Below are positions 51,184 to 61,221 of a stretch of DNA of 64,000 nucleotides, piece by piece (positions within the stretch are counted from its first letter, which is position 1; every line of letters starts with the position of its first letter). The notes beneath the pieces are model-generated. The model did no database searches, was not told the origin of the DNA, and saw nothing but the letters and a program-made list of their open reading frames with translations. Made by a program: the position numbers and the translations under genes. Source of the stretch: Candidatus Margulisiibacteriota bacterium (GTDB lineage: Bacteria > Margulisbacteria > Marinamargulisbacteria > JBFWNS01); assembly GCA_050250935.1 (NCBI GenBank), contig JBFWNS010000005.1:11523-75522 (forward strand). Direction: 5' to 3'.

Positions 51184-52493
51184 CCATTACCAACTGGGGG
51201 TTGTATCCACGCCTTAAGGCCGAGATCCACGATCTGAAAGGGGTTGGGCCTGCTTTGGCCTGGATGCAATCCAGGCCCGCTGTGATTGCCCGCGGCCTGG
51301 GGCGTTGTTATGGGGATAGTTCCTTGGCCACGGCCATCGTTTCCACCCAAACCTGGCAGCGGTTTTTGGCTTTTGATGTTGAAGCCGGTGTGTTGACGGC
51401 CGAAAGTGGCACCAGTTTGGCCGACATTTTGGAGGTGATAGTGCCCAAAGGGTGGTTTTTACCCGTGACACCCGGTACCAAATTTGTGTCTTTGGGTGGG
51501 GCTGTGGCCAGCGATATTCATGGTAAAAATCACCACCAAGACGGGAGCTTTGGCCACCATGTTTTAACCTTCGATTTGTTGTTGGCCTCTGGCGACAGGC
51601 TGGTGTGTTCCCGAACCGAAAATCCCGAGGTTTTTTGGGCCACATTGGGGGGGATGGGGTTAACCGGTTTGGTGTTGACGGTAACCCTTCAACTTAAAAA
51701 AATCGAATCGGCTACGATTGTTCAAACCACCCTTAAAGCCCCTAATTTGGAGGCAGTGATGGATGCGTTTGAAACGAACCAATCGGCCCCCTATTCTGTG
51801 GCTTGGATTGATTGTTTGGCTTCGGGGGATGCCCAGGGACGCAGTGTATTGATGTGTGGTCGCCATGCTCTGGCCCAGGAAGTGGGGCAAAACCCGCTGG
51901 CGATTCGGTCCAAGCGAACGTTGACCGTTCCGTTTTCTTTCCCTTCTGGGGTGTTGAATCGGTTTTCGGTGAAGGCCTTTAATGCCCTGTATTATGCCAA
52001 AGCCAAATCCCAAGTTCATTCGGTTGATTTTGACACCTTTTTTTATCCCTTGGATGCGATTCACCACTGGAACCGAATCTATGGTAAAAACGGATTTACC
52101 CAATACCAATTTGTGTTGCCGATGGCTGCTTCCAAAGCCGGGCTTAAGGCCATTTTAACCCGCATTAACCGGGCGCAATTGGGGTCTTTTTTGGCCGTGT
52201 TAAAGCCGTTTGGGGCCTTTCAAAACCCCTACCTTAGTTTTCCCATGCCTGGGTATACCTTGGCCTTGGATTTCCCGTTGTCGGAACCTGTATTGGCGTT
52301 GTTGGACGAACTGGATGATCTGGTCCGCGATTTTGGGGGGAGGCTTTATTTGAGTAAAGATGTCAGAATGAAGCCCGACATGCTGGTGGCCGGCTATCCC
52401 GAGTTATCGGCGTTTTTGGCGATTAAACAGCGGGTGGATCCGGATGGCGTTTTTCAATCTTTGCAGTCCAAACGGTTGGGGTTAACCCCCTAA
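51180..52493 (+). CDS. FAD-binding oxidoreductase, DprE1-like
   Basis: ARGLGRCYGD, PVTPGTKFVSLGG, DIHGKNHH, YSVAWID, QYQFV, RLYLSKD. Confidence 0.9.
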   Translation: MTITNWGLYPRLKAEIHDLKGVGPALAWMQSRPAVIARGLGRCYGDSSLATAIVSTQTWQRFLAFDVEAGVLTAESGTSLADILEVIVPKGWFLPVTPGTKFVSLGGAVASDIHGKNHHQDGSFGHHVLTFDLLLASGDRLVCSRTENPEVFWATLGGMGLTGLVLTVTLQLKKIESATIVQTTLKAPNLEAVMDAFETNQSAPYSVAWIDCLASGDAQGRSVLMCGRHALAQEVGQNPLAIRSKRTLTVPFSFPSGVLNRFSVKAFNALYYAKAKSQVHSVDFDTFFYPLDAIHHWNRIYGKNGFTQYQFVLPMAASKAGLKAILTRINRAQLGSFLAVLKPFGAFQNPYLSFPMPGYTLALDFPLSEPVLALLDELDDLVRDFGGRLYLSKDVRMKPDMLVAGYPELSAFLAIKQRVDPDGVFQSLQSKRLGLTP

Positions 52494-52506
52494 AAGGAGA
52501 TCAGAC

Positions 52507-53238
52507 ATGCCCAGTTTATTGATCGTGGGTGCGAATTCGGATATGGCCAAAGCAGTGGCGGCTCGCTATGCACAGGCGGGTTTTGGATTACAATTGGCGA
52601 GCCGCGACGTCGTTGGGTTACAAAAAACGGCCCACGATTTACAGATTCGGTTTGACGTTCCCGTCGAGGTGTTTGGGTTTGATATCACCCATTTGGATTC
52701 CCATCGACCCTTTTACGAGGGGCTGTCTGAAAAACCAGTTGGCGTCGTTTGCGCGGTGGGGGTGATGCCTGACCAAAAAATCGCCCAAGAGGAGTGGGTG
52801 GTGTTGATGAATGTGCTGACCATTAATTTTACGGCCTGTGCCGCTTTTCTAGAGGTGGTTGCCGCCGATTTTGAAGCCAGAAAAACTGGGTTTATTGTGG
52901 GCATCAGTTCGGTGGCCGGAGACCGTGGTCGCCAAAGCAACTATATTTATGGGTCTGCAAAAGCTGGATTTTCGGCCTATTTGTCTGGGCTTCGCAACCG
53001 CTTGGCCCAGGTTGGGGTTCCTGTTCTAACGGTAAAGCCTGGGTTTGTGGCCACCAAAATGACGGCCGGTTTGCGATTGCCGAAATGGTTAACCGCCACC
53101 CCAGAAGCGGTTGCCGAAGCCGTGTTTAATGCCCAAAAACAAGGTCGGGATGTTTTGTATGTTAAACCGATCTGGCGTTGGATTATGGCCATTATTACCC
53201 GAATTCCAGAACGCCAGTTTAAAGGAATGAAGCTTTAG
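52507..53238 (+). CDS. Short-chain dehydrogenase, DprE2-like
   Basis: VGANSDMA, SSVAGDRGRQSNYIYGSAKAG, KPGFVATKMT. Confidence 0.88.
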   Translation: MPSLLIVGANSDMAKAVAARYAQAGFGLQLASRDVVGLQKTAHDLQIRFDVPVEVFGFDITHLDSHRPFYEGLSEKPVGVVCAVGVMPDQKIAQEEWVVLMNVLTINFTACAAFLEVVAADFEARKTGFIVGISSVAGDRGRQSNYIYGSAKAGFSAYLSGLRNRLAQVGVPVLTVKPGFVATKMTAGLRLPKWLTATPEAVAEAVFNAQKQGRDVLYVKPIWRWIMAIITRIPERQFKGMKL

Positions 53239-54353
53239 CCGAATCGGTTGATGGTGTCGACGATATAGTCCAGCTGACCCCGGGTTAGTTCTGCATAAAT
53301 GGGAATAGAAAGGACTTGGTTGGCCGCTTTTTCGCTGTTGGGCATGTCCCCGGCTTTGTAGCCCAAATGGGCAAAACATTCTTGTAGATGGAGGGGGACG
53401 GGGTAATAAATCGCGTTGCCAATTTTATGCTTGTTCAGATGATCGATTAGCTCGTTTCGGCGTGGGGTTTGTAGGGTGTATTGATTAAAAATCATGCGGC
53501 CTTTGGTATGGACCACGGGGGTTTGGATGCCTTTGAGGTGTTGGGTGTAGTAGTTTGCATTTTGAATGCGACGTTCGTGTTGGTCTTCGAGTAGAGGCAG
53601 TTTGACCAAAAGAATAGCGGCTTGAAGGGTGTCCAATCGGAAGTTGCCGCCAATGAGTTTGTGGTAATACCGGGGTTGGGCCCCATGGTTTCTTAAAATG
53701 ACCAATTTTTCGGCCAATTGGGGGTTGTTGGTGGTGATTAACCCGCCATCCCCAGCACAGCCGAGGTTTTTACTGGGGAAAAAGGAGAAACACCCCATGT
53801 CGCCCAAAGACCCGGCTTTGTATTCTTTGCCTTCGTGGATGTAAGTGGATCCAATGGCTTGGGCGGCGTCTTCAATCACCACCAGGTTGTGTTTTTTTGC
53901 GATGGCTAAAATAGGGGTCATGTCGGCCATTTGCCCGAACACATGAACAGGCATGATGGCTTTGGTTTTGGCCGTGATTTTGGCTTCGATTTTATTGGGA
54001 TCGATGTTGAAGGTGTCGTCGATATCCACAAAAACCGGAACGCCACCCAGCCGAGAAATGCTGCCGGCTGTTGCAAAAAAAGTAAAGGGAGAGGTAATGA
54101 CTTCGTCACCCGGTTGTAAATCGATGGCCATCAAGGCCATTAACAGGGCATCGGTTCCAGAGGTAACACCAATGCCATGGGCACTGCCGCAATAGGCGGC
54201 GGTTTGGCGTTCCAATTCGGCAACTTGTGGCCCTAAAATGAACTGTTTTTCTTCAAAAACCTGGCGCATAACGGCTAAAATTTGGTCAGAAATGGGTTCG
54301 TATTGGGCTTGAAGATCGAGAAGCGGAACGTGGGTGATGGTTGAGGTTGTCAT
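53235..54353 (-). CDS. DegT/DnrJ/EryC1/StrS aminotransferase
   Basis: SGTDAL, EDAAQA, SFFPSKNLG, RLDTLQAA. Confidence 0.92.
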   Translation of the reverse strand: MTTSTITHVPLLDLQAQYEPISDQILAVMRQVFEEKQFILGPQVAELERQTAAYCGSAHGIGVTSGTDALLMALMAIDLQPGDEVITSPFTFFATAGSISRLGGVPVFVDIDDTFNIDPNKIEAKITAKTKAIMPVHVFGQMADMTPILAIAKKHNLVVIEDAAQAIGSTYIHEGKEYKAGSLGDMGCFSFFPSKNLGCAGDGGLITTNNPQLAEKLVILRNHGAQPRYYHKLIGGNFRLDTLQAAILLVKLPLLEDQHERRIQNANYYTQHLKGIQTPVVHTKGRMIFNQYTLQTPRRNELIDHLNKHKIGNAIYYPVPLHLQECFAHLGYKAGDMPNSEKAANQVLSIPIYAELTRGQLDYIVDTINRFG

Positions 54354-54471
54354 GTCAAATCCTTAACAGAAAAATTGATGGGACGTTACGGGTTGTTGTT
54401 TGAAAATTAGTGTAAGCTAAAAAGCTGTTTTTGTAAAAAACCAGGATGAATCTTGACCTTGAAAGGGGGGC

Positions 54472-55080
54472 TTAAAGTTTTAGCAGGGTTTTAAAAATCA
54501 AAGCCAAATCGGTTTTAAACGATACCTGTTGGATGTAGTCCAAGTATAAGTTGATTTTTTGGGGCAGAATGATTTCGATATAGGCTTTTTCGGTGTCGGG
54601 ATAGGTGGCCAAGAGGGCTTCTTCGTTTCGAAAGGCAATGGCGGCGTTGTCGGTGATGCCGGGGCGCACCGTCAGCACTTTGGCATAGGCTACCGCATGG
54701 GTTTGGGTGTAACGTTCCAGTTCGGGACGGGGGCCCACCAGGCTCATATCGCCAACCAGGACGTTCCACAGCTGGGGCAATTCGTCGGCTTTGGTGGCCC
54801 GGAGCCATTTGCCAATGGGGGTAATGCGGGGATCGTTTTCTTGGGTGACCCCAAGCCCTTTGTTGTCCACGACCATGGACCGAAATTTATACAACGTGAA
54901 GGGTTTTCCAAAACGGCCCATGCGGATTTGGCGAAATAAAACAGGCCCAGGCGAGCTTATTTTGATGCGTAAAGCGATCAGGCAGAGCAGTGGTGAAAGT
55001 AAGATTAGGCCAACCCCCGCTGCAAGACCATCAAATAGCCGTTTTCCAACCGTGGTATAGAAGGTGGGGCTAGCGGGCAT
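54472..55080 (-). CDS. Bacterial sugar (phosphoglycosyl) transferase, PglC-like
   Basis: KRLFD, KFRSM, DELPQLWNVL, MSLVGPRPE, RPGIT. Confidence 0.92.
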   Translation of the reverse strand: MPASPTFYTTVGKRLFDGLAAGVGLILLSPLLCLIALRIKISSPGPVLFRQIRMGRFGKPFTLYKFRSMVVDNKGLGVTQENDPRITPIGKWLRATKADELPQLWNVLVGDMSLVGPRPELERYTQTHAVAYAKVLTVRPGITDNAAIAFRNEEALLATYPDTEKAYIEIILPQKINLYLDYIQQVSFKTDLALIFKTLLKL

Positions 55081-56191
55081 GCTTTAGAACAGTTTGGATA
55101 ATGCGGGTGCAGTCTTCTTCTGAAAGATCTGGATAAATGGGCAGCGACAGGGATTGTTCAAACACAGCCTCTGCCACCGGATAGTCCGAGGCTTGATAGC
55201 CATAGGTGTTTTTGTAGTAGGTATGTCGGTGTACAGGAATAAAATGGACAGAGACCCCAATGTCGGCACGTTTGAGTTGTTCGATAACCTCGTCTCGGTT
55301 TTGGACTTTGATGACATACAAATGATGGGAAGAGACCCGGTCTTTGGGGACGCTTAAGGGGGTAATCGGCGTGTTTGCAAACGCGGCATCGTAGGTTGAT
55401 GCAATTTTTGCCCGTTCTTCTTGCATCCAAAACAATTTTCGAAGTTGGGCCAATCCCAGGCCTGCATTTAGGTCGGTCATGTTGTATTTAAACCCGTTGT
55501 CCACCACATCGTAGGCCCAGGATCCGGCCAGGGTGTATCGGTCCCAGGCATCTCGACTGATGCCATGAAGCCGGTTGATTTTCATGTGTTTGAAATAGGC
55601 TTCGTTGGACGTACAGGCCATTCCGCCTTCCCCAGCGGCTAGGGTTTTGGTGGCGTAAAAAGAAAAACAGGTAATGTCTCCAAAGGTGCCGATGAGCTGG
55701 CCTTTATACCAGGCCGGCAGGCCATGGGCGGAATCTTCAATCACAAAAAGACCGTGTTTTTTTGCCAAGGCAAGCAGGGCATCCATATCGCAAGGAATTC
55801 CCGCAAAATGAACCGGGATGATGGCTTTGGTTTTTGAGGTTATTTTAGACTCAATTTGGGTTGCGTCTATGTTATGTGTGGTGGCTTCAACATCACATAA
55901 AACGGGGATGGCATTAAAATAAGTCACCACTTCGGCTGTAGCGATGAAGGTGGTGGTGGGAATAATGACCTCGTCGCCGGCTTGCAAGCCGATGGCTTTT
56001 AAGGCCAAGTGCAAAGCTGCCGTTGCAGAGTTAACGGCCACGTTGAAGGGGGCTCCAATGGCGTTGCCAAATTCGGTTTCAAAGGCCAGGGTTTTGGGGC
56101 CCATGGTCAGCCAGCCACTTCGAATGGCTTCGGAGACTTCCGTGACCTCTTCCTCGGTTATGTGGGCTTTGTGGAAGGGAATGGGGTTCAT
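55070..56191 (-). CDS. DegT/DnrJ/EryC1/StrS aminotransferase
   Basis: GWLTMGP, NSATAALHL, EDSAH, SFYATK, GEGG, GFKYNMTD. Start placed at ATG 56191. Confidence 0.92.
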   Translation of the reverse strand: MNPIPFHKAHITEEEVTEVSEAIRSGWLTMGPKTLAFETEFGNAIGAPFNVAVNSATAALHLALKAIGLQAGDEVIIPTTTFIATAEVVTYFNAIPVLCDVEATTHNIDATQIESKITSKTKAIIPVHFAGIPCDMDALLALAKKHGLFVIEDSAHGLPAWYKGQLIGTFGDITCFSFYATKTLAAGEGGMACTSNEAYFKHMKINRLHGISRDAWDRYTLAGSWAYDVVDNGFKYNMTDLNAGLGLAQLRKLFWMQEERAKIASTYDAAFANTPITPLSVPKDRVSSHHLYVIKVQNRDEVIEQLKRADIGVSVHFIPVHRHTYYKNTYGYQASDYPVAEAVFEQSLSLPIYPDLSEEDCTRIIQTVLKHAR

Positions 56192-57153
56192 GTTAGAAAG
56201 TGGGGGTGATCCAAATACCATTGAACGGTGTTGGCCAGGCCGGTTTCCAAAGAAACAGACGGAGTCCATCCCAATTCACGATTCAATTTTGAAAAATCAA
56301 TGGCATATCGAAAATCGTGGCCGAGTCGGTCTTCCACAAAAGAAATCAGAGAGGTTGGTTTTTTTAAAATGGATAAAATAAGGTGTGCCATGGACAGATT
56401 ATCGGTTTCGGCGTTCCCCCCAACGTTATAAACCTCGCCAATTTGGCCTTGTTTTAAAACCAGATCAATGGCTTTGCAGTGGTCTTCCACATACAACCAA
56501 TCCCGAACATTTTTGCCGTTGCCATAAATGGGAAGAGGTTCGTTGGCCAAGGCTTTTCGAATCAGAACCGGGATTAATTTTTCGGGGAATTGATAAGGGC
56601 CATAATTGTTGGAACAGCGGGTGATGAGGGTGGGGAGTCCATGGGTTTCGTGATAGGCCCGAACCAATAAATCGGAGCTGGCTTTAGAGGCCGAATAGGG
56701 ACTGTTCGGGGCCAATGGGGTGGTTTCTGTAAAAAGCCCGGTCTCGCCCAAGGTGCCATATACTTCGTCGGTCGAAACATGGACAAACCGTTGAATGCCA
56801 CTGTGTTTGGCAGCATCCAATAACACTTGGGTTCCCAGAACGTTGGTTGTCACAAAAGGGGTGCTGTCCAAAATGCTGCGGTCCACATGGGATTCGGCTG
56901 CAAAATGAACCACGGCATCGGGCTTTACAGTTTCAAAGACGGTTTTAACAAAGGCCTTGTCTTCGATACGACCATGGTGAAATTGATACCGGGAACTTTG
57001 GGCCAATTCCGCCACGTTTTCCAGGCGTCCGGCATAGGTTAGGGCATCTAGATTGTGTAAAATTACATCGGGATAGGTTTGGTGCATGTAGCGTAAAAAA
57101 CAGGAGCCAATGAATCCTGCGCCGCCGGTTATCAGTAGGGTTTTTGGGGTCAT
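56188..57153 (-). CDS. rfbB: dTDP-glucose 4,6-dehydratase
   Basis: TGGAGFIGS, DALTYAG, FAAESHVDRS, STDEVYG, YSASK, DRLGHDFRY. Start placed at ATG 57153. Confidence 0.95.
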   Translation of the reverse strand: MTPKTLLITGGAGFIGSCFLRYMHQTYPDVILHNLDALTYAGRLENVAELAQSSRYQFHHGRIEDKAFVKTVFETVKPDAVVHFAAESHVDRSILDSTPFVTTNVLGTQVLLDAAKHSGIQRFVHVSTDEVYGTLGETGLFTETTPLAPNSPYSASKASSDLLVRAYHETHGLPTLITRCSNNYGPYQFPEKLIPVLIRKALANEPLPIYGNGKNVRDWLYVEDHCKAIDLVLKQGQIGEVYNVGGNAETDNLSMAHLILSILKKPTSLISFVEDRLGHDFRYAIDFSKLNRELGWTPSVSLETGLANTVQWYLDHPHFLT

Positions 57154-57212
57154 GTCTTGTAGGGTAATGGGAGGCTGAAATTTTGGCAACCGTTCGGATA
57201 GCGCCCAGGGGC

Positions 57213-57821
57213 TTATTTGGGGAAGGGCAACTCTGTTTTTTTGCTGACCAAAATGGGGTGGCCAACGCAACTCAATAGCGGTAAATCCGAGCGTTCATTG
57301 CCATAGGCAGCGGCGTTGACAAGGTCACTGGCTTTGAAATGGGCAAGCAAACAATCTTTTTTGGCAGTTCCTCGCAAAATGGGGCCGTTTAGGTGGCCGG
57401 TAAAAGTGGTTGGGGTTGTTTGGAGTTCGGTAGCAAACCAGGTTTGAACTTTTAATGCTGCTGCAATGCGACTGACCAAGGGGGCAATATTGGCCGAGAG
57501 TAAAACAATCGGTATGTTCTGGTTTTGATAGTGCCGAAGCACGAGCCTGGCAGAAGGTTTTAGAATTTTGGGGAAACGGGTTTGAACCCAACGGTCGAAT
57601 AAAAGTTCCGCGGTTGTTTGGTTTAAATGTTTTAAACAAACCCAAACCCAAGCGTGGTAAAAAACAGGGTGGGATATTAATCGGCATTTGAAAGCCAAAT
57701 AGAGGGCGAATCCCGTCAAAAAACGCAGGGGATGGTAGCGGATTCCAAACCCTGTAAAATCGATTAAGCTATCGCGAAGGGTCAGGGTGCCATCGATATC
57801 AAAAATAACCAGGGTTGTCAT
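57213..57821 (-). CDS. HAD-IB family hydrolase
   Basis: FDIDGTL, LLSA, K, YGNERSDLPLL. Confidence 0.85.
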   Translation of the reverse strand: MTTLVIFDIDGTLTLRDSLIDFTGFGIRYHPLRFLTGFALYLAFKCRLISHPVFYHAWVWVCLKHLNQTTAELLFDRWVQTRFPKILKPSARLVLRHYQNQNIPIVLLSANIAPLVSRIAAALKVQTWFATELQTTPTTFTGHLNGPILRGTAKKDCLLAHFKASDLVNAAAYGNERSDLPLLSCVGHPILVSKKTELPFPK

Positions 57822-58984
57822 AATTTCGTAATATCAAACTGTGTTTGAGCGGTTGGGTTTAGCTGTCGGGCTTTTAAAAATCGGGCGCCATAATTGGCGA
57901 TTTCGCCTAGAAAACAACCCACATCATCGGACCAAACATCGTCGTAGCCTTCTGCGGATGCGGTTAAAAAGGTCGGGCTAAACCGTTTTTTGGCCAAGCC
58001 ATAGGAAAGGGTTGCCAGCACACTTCCCAAAACCCATTTAACCCGAATATTTTTTGTATAGTCCGTTTGAGGCGCTACATCGCCATGCTTGAGAATGGAA
58101 TACATTAGCCATGGAAAATGAAGTCCACAGTGATAGGGCAAGGCCAAAGATCCCCATAACCGAGGGTTGATTTCCATCAGCCACAGTTGGTTGGTGAGGG
58201 GGTTCACTTTAAATTCCACCATGGCCGGACCCACCCAATTGAGTGCGGATAACAACCGTTTGGCATGGGCTTCCAATTCGGCATGTTGGGTGCTGATGCG
58301 CAGGGTGCTGGTTCCCCCAGAGACCAATTTTTCTTGGAGGCGTTTGTGGGTAAAGCTGGCCCGAAGTTGGGCATCTTGGTTATAGAGCAGGCACACCCCA
58401 AAGCCGTCGCCTTGTACATATTCTTGCAAGGAAAATTGCCCCAAATTGGGGATGTGTTGGTGTAGATCTTGCCTATCCTTTAAAAAAAAGACCCCTTTCG
58501 AGCTATTGGATTGGTGGTATTTCAACACAATGGGTTTTGGAAAAGCTTCAAAAAAAGACAGGGCTTCGGTCTCTGTAAAGGGCACAATCGAGGTGGGGGT
58601 TGGTACACCGAGTTGTTGGGCCAAGGCCATGGTTTTGTCTTTTAAATGGGCGGTTTTGATCGACTCGAAGCTGGGGAGCAAGGTTTTGATGCCGGCCTGT
58701 TTTAAGGTGTTTTGGTATTTGGATGCGATGAGTGTTTCTTCGTGAGTGGGGAAAAAATAAGGAATCTCGTGTTCGGTGGCGTAGGTGATGATTCGGTTTA
58801 AAAAAGCCTCGGGGTTATCGAAAAAAGAGGGATAGGTAAAATGCCGATGGGTCCAGCGCGACCACCGGTTCATGGTGATGCCGGAAACATCGCCAACGTG
58901 GGTTTCGATGCCATGTTCGGCCAAAGTTCGGTTTACAATGTAGGCAACCCGATTCCACCCATAGGTGATTAACGCCCGTTCCAC
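57818..58984 (-). CDS. ATP-grasp domain protein
   Basis: PIVLK, SSKGV, LQEYVQG, MVEFK, LMEINPRLWGS. Confidence 0.85.
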   Translation of the reverse strand: MERALITYGWNRVAYIVNRTLAEHGIETHVGDVSGITMNRWSRWTHRHFTYPSFFDNPEAFLNRIITYATEHEIPYFFPTHEETLIASKYQNTLKQAGIKTLLPSFESIKTAHLKDKTMALAQQLGVPTPTSIVPFTETEALSFFEAFPKPIVLKYHQSNSSKGVFFLKDRQDLHQHIPNLGQFSLQEYVQGDGFGVCLLYNQDAQLRASFTHKRLQEKLVSGGTSTLRISTQHAELEAHAKRLLSALNWVGPAMVEFKVNPLTNQLWLMEINPRLWGSLALPYHCGLHFPWLMYSILKHGDVAPQTDYTKNIRVKWVLGSVLATLSYGLAKKRFSPTFLTASAEGYDDVWSDDVGCFLGEIANYGARFLKARQLNPTAQTQFDITKL

Positions 58985-61221
58985 TATACAATCTCCTGGC
59001 TATATTGATTTAAAAAGCGCAAAACGGGTTCGATGTTGGTGATGTCAGTTGGTAAGGTGCAGGTGTTTTGGGCGGCTTGAACGGCGTTTGGAAACTGTTC
59101 GGAATCAAAGCCATAGTCGGCCAGATGCGAGACAGGATGCAAAGGCGATGTAAACCAATCCCCGATGGGAATACGGTGTTCCTGGGCCAAGGCAAAAAAA
59201 CGGGTCCGGTTGGCCACGCGAATGGGGTAGAACAAGCATAAATGATCGTCCAGGCAAGGCGTGGGCAAGGTGATTTTTCCATGTTCAGATAACCAGCTGT
59301 GATACCGAAGCCCATTGGCTTTTCGGCGACGATTTTGGTCGGGCAGGGCGGATAACGCTTTTTGGGACAGTTTCTTTTGAAAAGAACTCATCCCCATAAA
59401 ATAGTTTTGGGGCATTTGGGTCGAGGTTAATTCTGTGCCTTGAGAAGAGCCAGTAATGAGGTGATGTTTGCTTAAAAACCGGTAACAATCCCGTAAAAAC
59501 CAATAGGTGGTATCGGTTAAAATAAGTTTTTTGAGGGTGATTTGGAGCCACAACGAAAAAACAGCCATGGGTTTGGGGGTGAGCAGCTGTTGGCAGACCC
59601 TGTTCACGGGGTCAATCCAGAGCGGATTGTTGATTTGAAGGTACCCGCCAATGCCGGTTGAAAACGGTTTGTTCCACTGACTCGAAAAAAAAGCCGCATC
59701 ACAAAAACTGCCGTTGGCCTGACCGTGATAGGTACCGCTGAAGCCGTGGGTGCAATCTTCTAGGGTTGGAATGCCGAGGTCTCGGCCTAGCTGGGCAATT
59801 TGATCCACTTCCCAAGACAAGCCATAGGTGTTTTGGCAGATAATCAGCTTGGTTTTGGGGGAGATAGCGGCTTTGATGGCGGTTGCATCGCAGCAATAGG
59901 TTTGTGGGTTAATGTCCACATAAACTGGGGTTGCGCCGGTATACAAAATCGCGTTGGGAACCACCACACAGGTGTAGGCCGGTAAAATGACCTCGTCTCC
60001 TGGGCCTATTTCTAGTGCTTTTAAAAAAGCATAGAGGGCAACCCGGCCCTTCCAAAAGGTAAACGGGGGGGCTAGTTGCTGCAGATAGGTTGTTTTAAGT
60101 GTGGTCCACAGGTTGGTTTGGTTGTATCGTTCGGCAACCAGGGGTCGGGCTTGGGCCTTCAATTGGGCCAATAGGGTGGGATGGGTGCACAGGTCTTGAA
60201 TGGCCTCTTGCAAGGCCTTGGCGTTTTTGGGGGGAATAATGAGGCCATTTTGTTGGTGTAAAATGACTTCGTTACAGCCCCCGATGTCGGTGGTAATGCA
60301 GGGGACTTCCATGGCGCAGGCTTGCAAAAGAATTTGTGGAAGCCCTTCTCGGTAGCTGGGCAGGACCACACAGTCGGCCATGGCCAAGATGGGGCGAATC
60401 TCTTTTTGAAAACCCAAGTAGGTGATGCTGGGGTGTGTTTGAATGGTGGTTTTGGTCCCGTCCGAAATGCGGTTGAGGCCTTCGTCAAAATCGCCGGCTA
60501 TCACGAGTTGGATCTTGGGCAGGGGGGTAAAAAGCGGGGTGCAAGCCGAGATCAGTTCTTCAATCCCTTTGTCTTTGACCAGGCGTCCTGCAAACAGTAG
60601 GACGAACTTGTCTTCAAGGTGATGGGCTTGTTTAAGGATTTTAGCCTGGTTTTCGAGTTCTGGGGTTCGCTGAAAATGGTTCAAATCCACCCCATTCGAG
60701 CTGCCATGCCCCAATAATAGTATTTTTTTAGGGTTGCAGAGGTGATGCGCTTGAATATAGCGAAGCAGTTCGGTTGAATTCGGTAATACCAAGGTGGCGG
60801 TGGCATAGGTTAGGCGTTCAATTTGGGTTAAAAGCCAGTGTTTGATTCCGGAGGTTTCGGTTAGTGGCATCCCTGCAACGGTGTGCAAACGAACGGGTAC
60901 TCGGGTCATCCACGCTGCCAACATGGCAATAATGCCGGCTTTTGGGGTGTGGCTGTGCACGATATCGGGTTTGAGTTTAAGAAAAAGACGGATCATGGCG
61001 ATTAAGGCATATAAATCGGCCAAAGGTGTTATTTTTCGAGACATGGGAATGCCGAGGGTGACGACCCCTTCGGCCATCTCGGTTTCGGCCAATTCGGGCT
61101 CGGGGCTCGAAACCGCGTAAATCTCGAAATGGTTGGCCATAAACCGCAATTGTCCGGCCAATAAATACCGAAACGATTTGGGCTTTGTGACCACTCGGAC
61201 CAGTTTGGGACGATGGCTCAT
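58984..61221 (-). CDS. Fusion: family 4 glycosyltransferase plus DegT-like PLP-dependent aminotransferase
   Basis: N half: HSHTPKAG, GRLVKDKG, PSYREGLP. C half: KGRVAL, PAYTCVVVP, EDCTH, SSQWNKP. Start placed at ATG 61221. Confidence 0.85.
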   Translation of the reverse strand: MSHRPKLVRVVTKPKSFRYLLAGQLRFMANHFEIYAVSSPEPELAETEMAEGVVTLGIPMSRKITPLADLYALIAMIRLFLKLKPDIVHSHTPKAGIIAMLAAWMTRVPVRLHTVAGMPLTETSGIKHWLLTQIERLTYATATLVLPNSTELLRYIQAHHLCNPKKILLLGHGSSNGVDLNHFQRTPELENQAKILKQAHHLEDKFVLLFAGRLVKDKGIEELISACTPLFTPLPKIQLVIAGDFDEGLNRISDGTKTTIQTHPSITYLGFQKEIRPILAMADCVVLPSYREGLPQILLQACAMEVPCITTDIGGCNEVILHQQNGLIIPPKNAKALQEAIQDLCTHPTLLAQLKAQARPLVAERYNQTNLWTTLKTTYLQQLAPPFTFWKGRVALYAFLKALEIGPGDEVILPAYTCVVVPNAILYTGATPVYVDINPQTYCCDATAIKAAISPKTKLIICQNTYGLSWEVDQIAQLGRDLGIPTLEDCTHGFSGTYHGQANGSFCDAAFFSSQWNKPFSTGIGGYLQINNPLWIDPVNRVCQQLLTPKPMAVFSLWLQITLKKLILTDTTYWFLRDCYRFLSKHHLITGSSQGTELTSTQMPQNYFMGMSSFQKKLSQKALSALPDQNRRRKANGLRYHSWLSEHGKITLPTPCLDDHLCLFYPIRVANRTRFFALAQEHRIPIGDWFTSPLHPVSHLADYGFDSEQFPNAVQAAQNTCTLPTDITNIEPVLRFLNQYSQEIV

